Shown here piece after piece: positions 28,671-42,999 of a DNA stretch of 64,000 nucleotides. The stretch's first letter is position 1. Every line of letters begins with the position of its first letter. The notes beneath the pieces are model-generated. The model was not told the origin of the DNA and searched no databases. It was given only the letters and a program-made list of their open reading frames with translations. The translations under genes and the position numbers were made by a program. Source of the stretch: the human T2T-CHM13v2.0 reference genome, Homo sapiens; NCBI RefSeq assembly GCF_009914755.1, contig NC_060930.1, one strand, 5' to 3'.

Positions 28671-29699
28671 GTAAAAGTATATAAGGACAGCATGATGTGG
28701 CTGGCCTTTAGAAGCCTGTTAGACTTCAGGTTGAGTGAGGGTGTGGGAAGCCCCTTTCCCCAGACCTGCCTACCCCATTGTACAGCTCTTTGGACCCAAG
28801 TTCTGGCTCTTCACAGATGGGCTTCATTCTCCACACTGGGTCACATCTGGCTGTATCTTGAGACAGACCATCCTACCTGGGGAACACAAATTTCCACATC
28901 TAGGACAAGTAAAACAACTGCCATTAAAATATAACTTTCATGAGGTATCCTTCCACCTACATAGAAATATCAAAGATTATCAGAAAAAGGATGAGAAGAG
29001 CATTCTCTAAGAGCAGAAATTACTCATAAGAGCAAAACAGAGGAAGGTAGGAAAAATAAATTCAGACTGGGAATAAACATTTCTGGATTATGTTACAAAT
29101 CATGTATAGTTGGGAATAGTCACCTGCCTAAAAGGATTAATCAGTCTTCCTTTCTGGATAGTGTATATTCTGTTCAGACACTGCAAGGGTTATTTGAGAG
29201 AGCTTGTCCCCTGAAAGCCCATAACCTTTGTCTGCAGCTTGTTCAATAGACATATGTAATTATTGTACATTTGAGTTAGTCCCATCATGTCATGTTGGCT
29301 GAGATGTCAAATAATTTCTAACTGGATCAGTTACAAACCTTTCTTTTTCCTGTTTAAACCGTAATCCCTGCAGTTTAGATATGTTTCATTTCCTATGAGC
29401 TGTTAATGAGGATGACGTTCTTCTTCAGAGTTGGAATAAAGGAAAAGTTGTCTTAAATAAGCACCTGGAGGCCTAAGAAAGCTCATGGAACTGTTAGGGC
29501 CTAGAGATAGGGCCTAATCACCATAAAAGAAGTATCTTAAAATAGTTAAGTTTCACACACCATAACCACCATGTTTTATGTAAATAGGAAAATGCCAGTA
29601 ACTAAACTCGTGTTTAAAAATGTAACATTTGAGAAGATCCTAGGATTGCTGCATTTGTCAATGGATAATGTAAGTAGCAGTTCATCAACCTGCGAACAC

Positions 29700-29925
29700 T
29701 GTACCACATTCACTGGTACACAGTTACAACCTAGAAACCATCAGCAATCTAGTGTGCAGCCCAAGAGACTGTCCCTTCTTTCAGTCATTACTCCCTTCTC
29801 TGATTTCTAACAGCATAGGTTAGTTTTGTCTGCTTTTGTATTTAAGTAAATGGAACCATTTTCTATGTACTCTTTTGACTCTGACTTTCCTTCATTACTG
29901 GTTGTGAGATTCACCCATTACATAG
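29700..29925 (-). mobile_element. L1ME-like 3' fragment
   Basis: TTCTAACAGCATAGGTTAGTTTTGTCTG...AAATGGAACCAT...TATGTACTCTTTTG. Confidence 0.6.
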
Positions 29926-30264
29926 TTTGATTTTAAATCTTGCTACTTTCAGGCTCTGTAACTTAGGGAAGTTGCTATAGAATCAGGGTAACAATAGCTA
30001 ATACTTAGGAGTGAGTGCAAGAATGAAATAACAGGAGAAGGCCTCTCAGCCAGTGCCTATTTCTAACAGATGCCCTTCCTATCTCTCGTCCGATAGCCTC
30101 TTCTGTCCCACCCTACTCCTTGACCTTGATACCACACTGCAGCTTCCTCTAGCTCTTCTCACATGGGTCTGGGCATCTGCAGCAGTGGGCAGGCAACACC
30201 CAGGCTCCTGGAAGATCTGCTTTCCCTAATTAATAGGCTTCATAAAGAACTCTGAGGATAAAAA

Positions 30265-32287
30265 TAAAAGCCATAGTCTGGGAGAAACTACTTGGTGAAG
30301 AACCTGTATCCAGAATGTAAAAAGAGACCTCTCAAAACTCAAAAGTAAGAGAATAAATACACAACTAAAAAACTGGGCTAAGAGTTTGAACAAATATTTC
30401 ACCAAAGGAGGCATGTGGATGACAAATAAACACATGAAAAGATGCTCAACATCATAAGTCATTAGGAAAATGCAAAAATGTTGCGGGAAGTCAAGGACCC
30501 CGAATGGAGGGACCAGCTGAAGCCATGGCAGAAGAACATAAATTGTGAAGATTTCATGGACATTTATTAGTTCCCCAAATTAATACTTTTATAATTTCTT
30601 ACGCCTGTCTTTACTGCAATCTCTGAACATAAATTGTGAAGATTTCATGGACACTTATCACTTCCCCAATCAATACCCTTGTGATTTCCTATGCCTGTCT
30701 TTAATCTCTTATTTCCTTCATCTTCGTAAGCTGAGGAGGATGTATGTCACCTCAGGACCCTGTGATGATTGCATTAACTGCACAAATTGTTTGTAGAGCA
30801 TGTGTGTTTCAACAATATCAAGTCTGGGCACCTTAAGAACAGGATAACAGCAATGTTCAGGGAACAAGGGAGATAACCTTAAAGTCTGGCTGCCTGTGGG
30901 CCAGGTGGAACAGAGCCATATTTCTCTTCTTTCAAAAGCAAATAGGAGAAATATCACTGAATTCTTTTTCTCAGGAAGGAACATCCCTGAGAAAGAGAAT
31001 GCATCCCTAAGGGGAGGCCTCTGAAATGGTCACTCTGGGGACGCCTGTCTTTTATGGTCGTCCATAAGGGATGAAATAAGCTCCGGTCTCCTGTAGCACT
31101 CCCAGGCTTATTAGGATGAGGAAATTCCCACCTAATAAATTTTGGTCAGACCAGTTGTCTGCTCTCAAACCCTGTCTCCTGATAAGATGTTATCAATGAC
31201 AATGCATGCCTGAAACTTCATTAGCAATTTTAATTTTGCCCTGGTCCTGTGGTCCTGTGATCTCACCCTGCCTCCATTTGCCTTGTGATATTTTATTACC
31301 TTGTGAAGCATGTGATCTCTGTGACCCACACCCTATTTGTACACTCCCTCCCCTTTTGAAAATCACTAATAAAAACTTGCTGGTTTTGTGGCTTGGGGGG
31401 CATCATGGAACCTGCCGACATGTGATGTCTCCCCTGGACACCCAGCTTTAAAATTTCTCTTTTGTACTCTCCCTTTATTTCTCAGACTGGCCGACACTTA
31501 GGGAAAATAGAAAAGAACCTACATGAAATAACGGGGGTGAATTTCCCCCGACACAAATTAAAACTACAGTGAGATGCCACTGCGCATCTATTAGAAGGGC
31601 TAAAATAATAAAAAAAAAAACAACTGACCATACAAGGTGTTGGCGAGGATGTGGAGGAACCAGAACTCTCATGCATGGCTTGTAGGGAGGTAAACTGATA
31701 CCACCACTTTAAAAAACAGTTGGCAGTTTTTAAAAAATAAAAACATACACCATATGACCCCACCATTACTCTCCTAGATATTTACCTAAGAGAAATGAAA
31801 GCATATATCTACACAATGACGTGTAAGCAAATAGCAACTTTATTCATAAACTGGAAAAAACCAAAATGTCTATCAACAGATGGATGGATAAAAAATTTTG
31901 GTACATCTTTACAATGGAATACTACTCAACAATAAAAAGGAATTAACTATGAATAAACACAAAATGGATTTAATTGGAAAATAATTTTGTTGAGAGAAAG
32001 AAGCTGGACAAAGAGTACATACTCTATGATTCCATTTATGTATGTTAGTAAATGCAAAATAATCTGTAGTAACAGACAGCAGCAAATCAGTGGTTGCCAA
32101 GGAGTGAAGGGGATGGGCTGGGAGGTACCACAAGGGATCATGAGGAAACTTTTGCTGGTGATGCATAGTTTACTATCTTGATGTTGGTCATAGTTTCATG
32201 GTTGTATACATATGTCAAAACTTATGAACTTGTATACATTAAATATATGCTCTTTACTCCTTGTCGATTATGCCTCAATAAAGCTAT
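30265..32287 (+). mobile_element. L1ME/MD-like ORF2 end and 3' UTR, split by MER11
   Basis: AAACACATGAAAAGATGCTCAACATCA continues as CAAATTAAAACTACAGTGAGAT after the LTR; ends CTCAATAAAGCT. Confidence 0.85.
30479..31553 (+). mobile_element. MER11 (B/C-like; HERV-K HML-8 group) solo LTR
   Basis: TGTTGCGGGAAGTCA...GGGGGTGAATTTCCCCCGACA, 1075 bp; decayed 6-bp TSD CAAAAA/CAAATT. Confidence 0.92.
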
Positions 32288-33299
32288 TACAATTTTTTTT
32301 TTAAGAAAAAAAGAGGACTGTGAAGCTTTCAGGTCTGAGTGGTACATTAAGCATGTTCAATAGTTAAACAGAACACTGTTTCATTTGGTTACCAAAATGC
32401 AATTACTTTTTAAGAACAATTACTAACTTGTGTTTCCTGCCCATTTGGACTATTCATGATCCATTGCTTGGTTGCTTAGGGACTGCCAACCAATAAATAA
32501 CCCTTCGGGAAGATGACCGCTCTCCAAATCAGGCTTAGCATGCCCATTAATTTCAGCCACCAAGTTCCTCTTCCTACCTTTGAATTTGAATATGGAAAAA
32601 AATGGCTCATCATGTCCATTAATTTGGTATAAAACCAACTTTCACCCTTTACCCACTCCCTTCTCCTCCCACCAAGACCTCTCTATGTCCCTCTCTAATC
32701 CTGACACAACCCATTCATTGAAGTACCACAGTCCCAGGCAATGTGTGTACACAGAAAGTTGATTTCTGAGAATTGTTTTTTTACAAACTTCAACAGATTT
32801 CAAAATTAGCTCATGGCTCAGGAGATCAGTCTGACTCAGGTTTATGTGCAAACAATAGACATAGTTTTAAAAAATCATCAGGAACACCTAAGATCAAAGC
32901 TTTTTTGTTCCAGCTGCTAAGCGGGAGATTTTGTGGCATCCATTTTAGTCCCTTGGCAGTCATAATCCTGAGTTCTGTGCTGTGACATAGAAGCAGTCAA
33001 CGAGATCACTGAAGGAGAAGCTAATAGTACAGAAATTTCCAGTGTTCCCACAAAGAAGTGAATTTGGTATTATATTGTACACAGAGAAAAAATTTTTAAT
33101 AAAAATCAAAAAATAAGGCTTTGGTTAGAAAAACACTTAGTAAAACAGAGAGGAATAGGCTTTATGACCTGGAGTATTAAGCCTTGTTTCAAAAAATTGC
33201 AAAACCAAGAAAATGAAAATCGACAGGTATAAATACAGTAGAAAATCTAAGGTAGAGTGACTCAGTTCTGACAGTTGTCTGATACATAAAGATACACAG

Positions 33300-33535
33300 G
33301 ATAGTCCCATGGGAATGAACAGGAATCCTAGATTCCTAGGCCTTGAGTTCAAATTCTGTCTCCACTACTTACTAGATATGTGACCTTGAGTTACTTTTGC
33401 AAAGTTTTATCTTCCTATTCTAAAAAATAAGGGTCATAAAACTACCTACCTCATAAGATTGTTTGAGGTGAGCTAACACCATAAAACATTCAACAGAGTG
33501 TTTAGTTGTAAGGACTCAATAAATGTCAGCTTTAT
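33300..33535 (+). mobile_element. MIR
   Basis: GAGTTCAAATTCTG-CTCCACTACTTACTAG-TGTGACCTTG...CTACCTCATAAGATTGTT. Confidence 0.75.
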
Positions 33536-33582
33536 TTTTATGAAGTATAACTGAGATATGCTCTAATCAATCATCTTGTATC

Positions 33583-33745
33583 AGAATTACCCAAACTTGC
33601 CCATCATAACAATCACCTGGGGCTTTTATGGAACATACAGATTCCAGGGCCCTGACTCAGACCTACTGAAACTGCATCTCCAGAGGAGGGGCCCAGGACT
33701 CTGTTTAACAAGAGCCTCAGGGCTCTAGGCACATTTGGGAAATGG
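33583..33745. mobile_element. MER5-like hAT MITE
   Basis: AATCACCTGGGG...CAGATTCCAGGGCCC...AGACCTACTGAA...TTTAACAAG. Confidence 0.7.
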
Positions 33746-33779
33746 AGATGATGTTAGTAAAATTTCATTTCCCTATATC

Positions 33780-33969
33780 TATAGGTCTCAAATTTGAGGA
33801 CACATAACAATCATCTGGGGTCTGGTTAAAATACACACTCCTAGCATTCCTATCCCCCAGAGATTCTGATTAAGGTCTAGGATGGTGTCAGAACAAGTGG
33901 GTTTTAAACAAGCACTCTCCTGGTAATTCTGGGCAAAAGGGCTTTCATCCTACATTTTGGAAAACACTG
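33780..33969. mobile_element. MER5-like hAT MITE
   Basis: AATCATCTGGGG...CCCCCAGAGATTCTGATT...TTTAAACAAGCACT...AAACACTG. Confidence 0.7.
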
Positions 33970-35821
33970 CCCAACATTGTGTTACCCTTATTTAGACTAA
34001 AAAGATAACTCTAGGAATAGTCTCTAATCTAGGAGAAAATTTTCAATAGCTTTGTTTCTGCTACCAAGTCATGCAATGTATGAATAAGAGGGAATAATTT
34101 AATCTCTCTGCCAAGTAGTTCTTTTTCTCATCCATTAAAATTGGTTCTTTCTATGCCAATTTCTTTGGCTTGAGGTTAAAAAGTCCATTATACATTTGAT
34201 GCATCTGTTCAGAGTTTCATGATTGTGCTATGTCGGCCTTTTTGTGACCTCTGATCACTTAGTCTGATTTAGGGCCCTGTAGGCACCCTGAAGCTAAGGA
34301 CTTTGCTTGCTTAACTTGTGTTTCATACTGGGTATTTCTGAGTCATTTCTGATGAGCAGAGGGCTTGAGGGAAGCATGAACAAAAGAAGTGAGAGCTGGT
34401 TGGGCATATAAGCACTTGGTCCTGATGGAGGCTTTGTGGCACCTGACTTGCCAGCTGCTTCAGTGCCTGTCCTCACAGTTCAGGATTCACCTAATGTGCT
34501 GAGATAAAGCAGCAAACAGATCCTGAGAGTAGAGTCAGGCTACACAGGCATTATATGCATGGGCTTTTGCATGACTTTTGATGGGTCAAAGATAAATGCT
34601 CAAGCTTGTGAGCATCCAAGAGACAGGTCTGGAAGGATATACCAGTGTGTCAGAACTGGAAAGTGTTGCGATCTGGAAGAGAAGCACAACTCCAGCAGAG
34701 AATGGCAGGGAGCTTTTCTGTTAGTCCTGTGGAATTCAACCATGAACTGAGAAATCATCTCACTGGGACACACTTGCAGTCATCCATTTAAAGTTAAGAG
34801 CCATAACAGAACAGGATTTAGGGTATAAGTAAATAAAAAATGTGCCACCAATCTGGGGAAATATCTTGCTAAATAATTGCCATCTTCCCTATGTGTATTA
34901 GTGCCCGTGATCAATAGACCTGGGTGTAGATCATTTTATCCATCTCTTTTGGAACAGATTCACCTTATTCTTAAAAGCCAACTCAGACACTCAGTCTCAT
35001 TTTTCATAGTGTTCCAGTTCAAAACTTGACAGTTCTTGAAACTCTTCAAAAATAATTCAGGAAATTATTTCTGTAGCTTTTTAAATATATGAGGTGGATA
35101 ATATAAAAATTTGAAATTTACCTTGGATAAGCAGCATCACTTAGACGGTGAGGGTGAAGAATAAAAATCTGGGACGCACTAAAGTCTACTCTTTTCTCCA
35201 CTTCACATTTATTGGGAATATTCTGGAAAGTGGCTTTTGCCCGTGGTTCCTAAATGTCTTCCCCCTGTGAGCTATACCAGTCATCAGGTGTGTTATGTCC
35301 ATACAGCTTTCCTAAGAAATGGAAATTAAAGTGTCTTTCCAACTCCACAGGCACCATAGCTGCTGAATAATAAAGAGGATAAATGGCTCACATTTAGGAA
35401 CTACTTACTGTAGGTACAACTGGGAATTTTCAGGATGCAGGTCTTTTTACAAAAGTTCTAGCAGCTGCATTTTACTAAATGAAGGGTTTGTTGCTGTTGT
35501 TGTTGTTGTTGTTAATGGCCACACTGGTGTATACCAATAAACAGAAAATCTCATTAGCATCCTTTCTCTTTCCCACACACCCTCTCTATATGGCTTAGAG
35601 GCAAAGTGGGGATTAATTTGTTTTGTATCATGGGAAGGGAGGTATTCAGAAAATTAAATCATGGATAAACTTGAAACAGACACAGTCAGAAGTAACCTTA
35701 TCATTAAGTGACATTTATTATGTTCCCATATCACACAATTCTACTAATTTACAGAGCTCATGCCAGCTTATAAATTTTATGCATTTTTTCCTCCCAATCT
35801 TTCGTCTATTTCTGTTTCCCT

Positions 35822-36120
35822 ACATATTAGTTAGGAATGTTTTTAGCTTTAAGTAACAAAGCCCAACTAAAAGTAGCTTAAGTCATAAGGATATTTATTA
35901 TTTATTTAATGAGCAGTCTAGAGTGGTATAGATGGCATCATGGTTGTTTGGTACCTCCAAGATGCCAATCATAGATCTTTATTCCTTTGCTTCACCATTC
36001 TCAGTGTTGGCCTATTGTCCCCTTGGTTGTCATTGTATGTTCACAAGATAGCACAATTCCCGCATCACATCCTTACATCATTTTCAATGCCAGGAAGCAG
36101 AAATATAAGGGGCAGGTGCA
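35822..36120 (-). mobile_element. Ancient MaLR/ERVL LTR fragment (MLT1/LTR33-like)
   Basis: TATTAGTTAGGAAT...AAGTAACA-AAGCCCAACTAAAAGTAGCTTAAG...ATTTATT terminus pattern. Confidence 0.5.
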
Positions 36121-36304
36121 AAAAAAAAAAAGTGATTTGGCACTGACTAGTTATAAGAAGAGCACTAACTCCTCAGGGTAGTATAACTTGGCAAATGTTA
36201 AAACAATGAACAGTAATAATATTGTACACTTTGTGTCAAGCATTGTGCTTTACAATTATTATCTTTTTAATCTTCACAACAGTGCTATGAGAGTAATACT
36301 ATGA

Positions 36305-36457
<153 letters not shown>

Positions 36458-36549
36458 TGATGTAGCAATATTAAAAATGATTTTTACAAAAAAAAATTGA
36501 CATTTTAGCCTACCATTCTATACAAAATGTTTTAATTTTGTCCTGAATA

Positions 36550-36910
36550 TGGACATGTGTGACTCAGATCTACCTTCAGGGAAGGACCTGTTGCCTTAGC
36601 TCCTAAGAGTGTTGTTATGAGACACCTTTCAGCTGGCAGCCCCTCGGGGGAGAGAACTGACTCTCCCAGGCTCGCCTTCTCCCTCGGTGGCCAACATCCA
36701 ATCACTGATTGGGGGTATACAGACCAGGTATTCTGGCCCAATGTGGGACAACTCTAAATGGGCCAGTTCATCTAGACTCCCCCCTCTGCCCATTCCTGAT
36801 TCCTCTTTCTTCTTTCTACAGGTCTTGATCCTAAGGGTATTTCCTGATAAACATCCTGAATCCAACTCTGTCTTAGAATCTGCCTCCTAGAAAAAAATCA
36901 AACTGTGACA
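36550..36910 (+). mobile_element. LTR16-like (ERVL) LTR
   Basis: CATCCAATCACTGATT...GGGACAACTCT...CTCTGTCTTAGAATCTGCCTCC...TGTGACA terminus. Confidence 0.7.
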
Positions 36911-38621
36911 ACTTTTAAGATCCCTTCCACCTCCTGTCTACATGCATTTTTATTTTACATTATTGCAGACATACTGAAGTACTACTTTTGTTATAATTTT
37001 TAATCTTAACGTTCTATCATGATCAACTCCTCATGTTGATAAATAGCCTTCATAGTTACCTTTTTAAAATTTAAAACTAAAGTAATTTAATCATATTACA
37101 GAATGTTTGAAAAAAAAATTACTCATAATCCCACTACCAAACATAGTTGATCATTTTGACATATTTCCTGTTATTTTTTCCCAATGAATAGTTTTGATAA
37201 GGTTATAATCACAACTTATAAGCAGCGCCCTTTTCCACATTATTTTAAAATTCTTTATTTATTTACTTTTATGATCTCACTCCAGAAAGGATTAAAAGCA
37301 GCCTATAAAATTACATAAATTCAGTAAAAGGGAAGCTAGGCATCAGCAGGGGTCTTCTATTCCTCGGGGATTTATGTAAACATACATCAAATACTTGAAC
37401 ATGTGGCAAATGAGAATCCAGAGCCCTTCTAAGATTTTGAGAATATCTGACTTCTTCATGTGTTTTTCTTAACTCCTTTGTCTGCCTAACAGTGAAAACT
37501 GGCTACCCAAGTCTTGCCCATATCAATCCAGGTGATAAGCACAGTACTTTTACTAGTTGCCACACATTCACACACTCAAAACCTACGAAATACACTAAAG
37601 AAAAAAAATAAAACCCACTTTAACTAGACATTTTGTGACTCTGCTCACTTCACTAAAGGTTTGGAGTTCCCATCTTTCTGTCTCCCTCTTCCTTCCCCAT
37701 TTGCTGTTGTAACAGACAAATTCTTCCCCTCCCCTACTGTAGCATCAGTTCCACCTAATTTCAGGCCCTTCAGACCGAGCTTTTGCCCCACAGCAGCTTA
37801 TTTCACCATTCATTTCCTCAATATGGGCAGGTTTTGTCCTACAAGGAATGCTCTCTTTTTAAACATTGAGAAAAGAAAAATATTTTTGGATCTCCACATT
37901 AAAATAAGACAGTGAGGGAAAATGAGAGAGTATGATGCCAACAGAGAGGCTGGTCACAAAGATAGGTCAAGCAGTTTCTGAATTTGAAAAGTTGTGAGGG
38001 AGGGCAGAGGAAGGATTGAAATCAAGCAACATGACAAAGAAGTATCTGAATAACTTAGCAGCTGGTGGGACCTGTGGAACCAAAGAGATGGGGAAGTAAA
38101 GTTACACCAGAATTATGAATCAGGGATATTTAGGAAAGTAGCCCCATCATGGGATGGAATAAGAAACTTAGAAAGGAGAGTCACTTTGGAGGGGATGATG
38201 GCGCATTTACCTTCTCAGGTAAGGATCCTGCAGAATGTGTTTGTAATTGGAGTGTGGATGAATGGGACCTTAGGAAGGATGTTGAGACTGATCTGACTCC
38301 TGGCTGCCTATGAACATCTGCGGGGGACTATAGAATGACACTATAACTATAAAAACCAGTCCAAAGAGAAGGGAGATTTGTAATAGGGTGCAGGGCAGGA
38401 TGAATTAAAACAATTTTCTGGGTAAGCATCAGGTGATGGGGTGATGTGGGGGAGATGGATTAGTGGAGCAAGTGAAAGACTGTGACTTCTAGAGTGTCCA
38501 CAATTAGGGCTTTTCTTTTCTGTTATTTTGCCTGTCTGAGTGTTGGCATTATTTTGTGAAAGGGGGAGGCATCATGCTGGGGATGAAAAATGATTTTCTG
38601 GTACTTGCTGCGGCTAACTCT

Positions 38622-38635
38622 GTTACCATAGCAAC
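38622..38635. promoter_or_regulatory. RFX X-box motif in repeat-free sequence
   Basis: GTTACCATAGCAAC matches the GTTNCCATRGNAAC palindromic consensus. Confidence 0.5.
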
Positions 38636-40632
38636 TGACTTAATCAGCCAGGAGGGAGGATTTTACTAGAGACAGTCTATACTGGACTGTTGTGATTTCA
38701 AAGGGAAATATTTACAACTCTGTCAGTATAGCTGTTCCAGTTTAGATTGTGACAACATGGCAGGTTAAACTCTATTTCAAAGATTTCTAAAGAGTTTAAT
38801 CATTATTAACCCAAATTAACCCTCTTTTTGACCAGTTACCAAAAGCAAAACCTTGCAGTATGTACAGCCCATGGTGGTTGGGGTTAGTTTGTCTTTTTTT
38901 TTTCTCGCTCTGTTGATAGTGAAATTGGTTTGTCCACTTTGGGGTTTAAACCAAACCAAAATACTAAAATTACTGTGTGAGACCGATGCGGGGAGCTATG
39001 GACAGTTTTTGTCTTATCTCATTCAGAACTAAGAGGGTCTCCTTATTCCCCCCCACAAAAAGCCTCTCCATCAAGCATTGATGAGAAATAGATATTTCAC
39101 TGGAGGCTTGGTGGGAGGAGTTGGTTTATTTCACAGAGCTCGGAGCCTTTTACCTCCTCCCCATGTGAAGACAATATATTATCTTGTCTTTCATTACAGC
39201 AGGGGGCTGAGTCTCTGCTTCACTTCCATCTCCTTTCTCCAGCCTTTCCTCCTTCTATATCTCCATTTTTAGATAGAACTATAGGATGTGGTACAGACTC
39301 CTCCAGCTGGGGCTCCCCACATTCATTTCTTAAAACCGTCTATAAAAGACAGCCAGTTAGTGACTTCATTTGTTCATGGCAAATCAAATCGTTCATTTAC
39401 CAGAATCTTCCTTCCTTAGATAATACAGAGTAATTATAAATAAAAGTGTTTTCTCTGTGTACTTGCTGTTAAAAATATATATATAAGTTCTTTTAGGCTT
39501 CTGCATGCCTTTGGTTTGAAAGCCAGATTTTCCTGACTTTTGAAGTGAAGCACCTCTCTAGATTCTGGCAATTACAAAATCTGGATATACCATTTTGCAC
39601 CAAAAGTGTAAAGAATAAGTGTACAGGTCTGAGCTTTCAGCCTCAGATTTTCTCTCCTCTATTAAGATTGACTCTGACCTTAGCTAGTGTAACACTAATT
39701 ATTACAGGATTTAAATTATTGTTTTACTTCTCCCTTCATCCCCCAGTGGTATTTCCCATTTTGAAAGATGATTTTGTTAATTAATCTTAAATGGTGAAAC
39801 ATTTGTGTGTGAAGAGAAATTTGAAAGGGGCGATATTGAGAACTCTTGCACATTCCCAGCCCCATTTCTGGAATCAGTACTACTCCACTCCCAAACATAG
39901 TTCATCAGAGAATTACACAGAATCAGCTTAGAAACACTCATCACTGAACTTTTCAAAACTTTCTCCCAAACTTTCACCTAAAACTAAAGATCTCTCATAC
40001 ATTATTTATTCATCTGTATATTTGTTGAGACATTGTTACAGACTTTGGACATCATGGATATACATTATGGACATTGTTCATTTTATACTTGAATTTGCTT
40101 CTGGCAGAGTTACCATTTTATTATACTTACATGAAAACAATACACTCAGAATCTGAGGTTCTTTGGATTAACAAAAAAGCATGACCCTTTTCTTTTTTGA
40201 GAAAGTTTATGACTACCTCAAGATTTTAAAAATATAATATATTTGGAATGTTAGAAATTTTCTCTCTCAGTTTTTTGAGCTATTACTGACATACAAAAAG
40301 CTACACGCATTTAATATATACAACTTGATGAATTTGGAGATAAGCCTATGCCCATGACTACAATCTATGCCATCAATCTATACCTTACCCCCAAAAGTGT
40401 CCTCCCATTACTTTTATTTATAATTATTTGTGTGTGTGACATGAACACTTAACATAAGATCTAGTCTTTTAGCAAATTTTTAAGTATAAAATACAGTATT
40501 ATTAACTATTGGCATGGTGCTGGATAGTAGATCTCTAGGATTTCATCTTATATAAACAAAACTTTGTACCCTTTAACCAATACCTCCCTGTTTCCCCTCC
40601 TCTCTCAGCGACTAACAACCACCCTTCTTGGA

Positions 40633-40749
40633 TCCAGTGCCTTGATCTTGGACTTCCCATCCTCCTGAACTGTGAAAAATAAATTTCTATTGTTTACAAA
40701 TTGCCCAGACCATGATATTTTATTATAGGAGCACAAATGGACTAAGACA
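40633..40749 (+). mobile_element. MaLR LTR (MLT1A/MSTD-like) 3' end fragment
   Basis: GCCTTGATCTTGGACTTCCC...AATAAATTTCT...GGACTAAGACA. Confidence 0.8.
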
Positions 40750-41029
40750 ACACAAAAGCAACCTAATGTCCATTGACAGATGAGTGAATAAAGAGCTCTG
40801 CTTCTATGAGTTTTACTATTTTAGATTCATCAGCTAGTGATATGATGTAGTATTTGGCCTTCTGTATCTGCCTTATTTCACTTAACATAATGTCCTTCAG
40901 GTTCATTCATGTTTTCATAAATCGTAGGATTTTCTTATTTTTTAAGCCTGAATAATATTTCATTGTATATGTATATCACATTTTCTTTACCCATTTATCT
41001 GTCAATGGACATTTAGGTTACTTCCATGT

Positions 41030-41555
<526 letters not shown>

Positions 41556-41629
41556 TAACACCTATAGTGTCTTTTAATTTTAATTGTCTGGACTAAAGTA
41601 TTTTAGGATCCCTTATATTTATTTCCCTT

Positions 41630-41960
41630 CTAAATGCAGATATGGTGCTAGAAATAAAGCTACAAAAATAACACAGATCAAGACCCAAGCTCTCTTTACA
41701 AGAAACTTACACCAAAGTAGGGGAGACAGATACGTAAATAACCATCTTGATGCAGTGTAAGAGGGGCAATGACAGCAGTAACCCCAGAATGTTAAGGGAA
41801 ACATGCAAGGGTGACTACCTGGCCTGGAAAGGTGAGAGGGAATCAGGAAGTTTTCTTAGGGGAGTTAACACTAGTGTAAAAGTTCCCAGATGAGTTTGCC
41901 TGGTAGGTAAGGGTAGGAATGTATAAGGGTGATCCAGACTAAAGAAACAGCAATAGGACA
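41630..41960 (-). mobile_element. L2 fragment
   Basis: Degenerate reverse L2 (AGTAGGGGAGACAGA...GGGAATCAGGAAG-TTTC). Confidence 0.5.
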
Positions 41961-42007
41961 AGGAAAATGTTAATTGGCAGATGGAACCGTGATATAAATA
42001 AATGAAA

Positions 42008-42205
42008 CTTACTGAGAACCTATTATGTGCCAGGTACTGTGTGCTACCAATGTCTATGTTATTCATAATTCAAAACTCTGTAGGGCCCATCATTGTTATT
42101 CCTCTTTTATAGGTGAGAAAACAAAGGTTTGGCAAGGATGAGTACTTGCTGCAGGTCCAACAGTTATGACTGGATTGGAACTTCATCCCAGCTTGGCCTA
42201 ACTTC
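42008..42205 (-). mobile_element. MIR
   Basis: TTACTGAG-ACCTATTATGTGCCAGGTACTGTG...TTTTATAGGTGAGAAAAC. Confidence 0.75.
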
Positions 42206-42999
42206 AGAGGAGTTTCATTCAACTTATATAGATTCGATATGAAATGGGAATGCAAGAAGGCATAGATATTTCTGGTTGATTCAATTTCCTGATAATTCCC
42301 AATTACAATAAAAGAAATGGTTTCATAAGGACTCACATGTTTGAAAAAGTCTTTGGATATAAAATATAAACCTGAGATTAAATTTGATAATAGAAAATTT
42401 TTGATGAAGCATAAATTAAAAAATATTTTTCTGGCATTTTTTTCCTAAAAAAAAGAAGATCCTGTTCCAAAACCAAGCCTTCGTAAAGAGGTCCTATTCC
42501 TATGTATTTTATGATTGGAGATGTGGAAGTCACTGTGATGTGGTCAAAGTAGAAACATTTGTGGGTTTTTTCTTCTTGAGGAAATAAACCAAAATGCTAA
42601 AATAAATGAGTAGCAAATTAAGTTTGGAAGTTTTAAATACATGTGTAATCAGGAATACATGCTCAAATTGTCATCTTTAAGTATGATGGAGAATTGATGG
42701 TGCTTCATTTTCAAAGCATGCTTTTTCACATTAATATTCTGCACTCTGCAGTTATTATACAATTGCTAGCAGGGCCATTGTGCATCTTTTGAAATTGAAT
42801 ATATTCTTATGTACTTAAGATCTGTTCAGTACACTCCAGAGATTGCCTTGGATCCTGTCTCTGAAGATGTAAACATAGGAGAACAGACTAGTAATCATTT
42901 TATTTTCTGAATGTGTTTGAAATACATAAGCACAGAATAAGAGTCTGGATTTTCTCATTCCCAACCATGTTGCTTACACCTCATTCTTCAAGCAGTCGC

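Noticed and set aside
30534-30702. ~90-bp tandem duplication starting GAACATAAATTGTGAAGATTTCATGGACA
   Set aside because: As I recall, this is part of the MER11 LTR consensus, not a locus-specific event.
39341-39444. TATAAAAG at 39341 and AATAAA near 39439 as promoter or 3' end
   Set aside because: Short motifs common in AT-rich DNA; no linked exon or CpG island.
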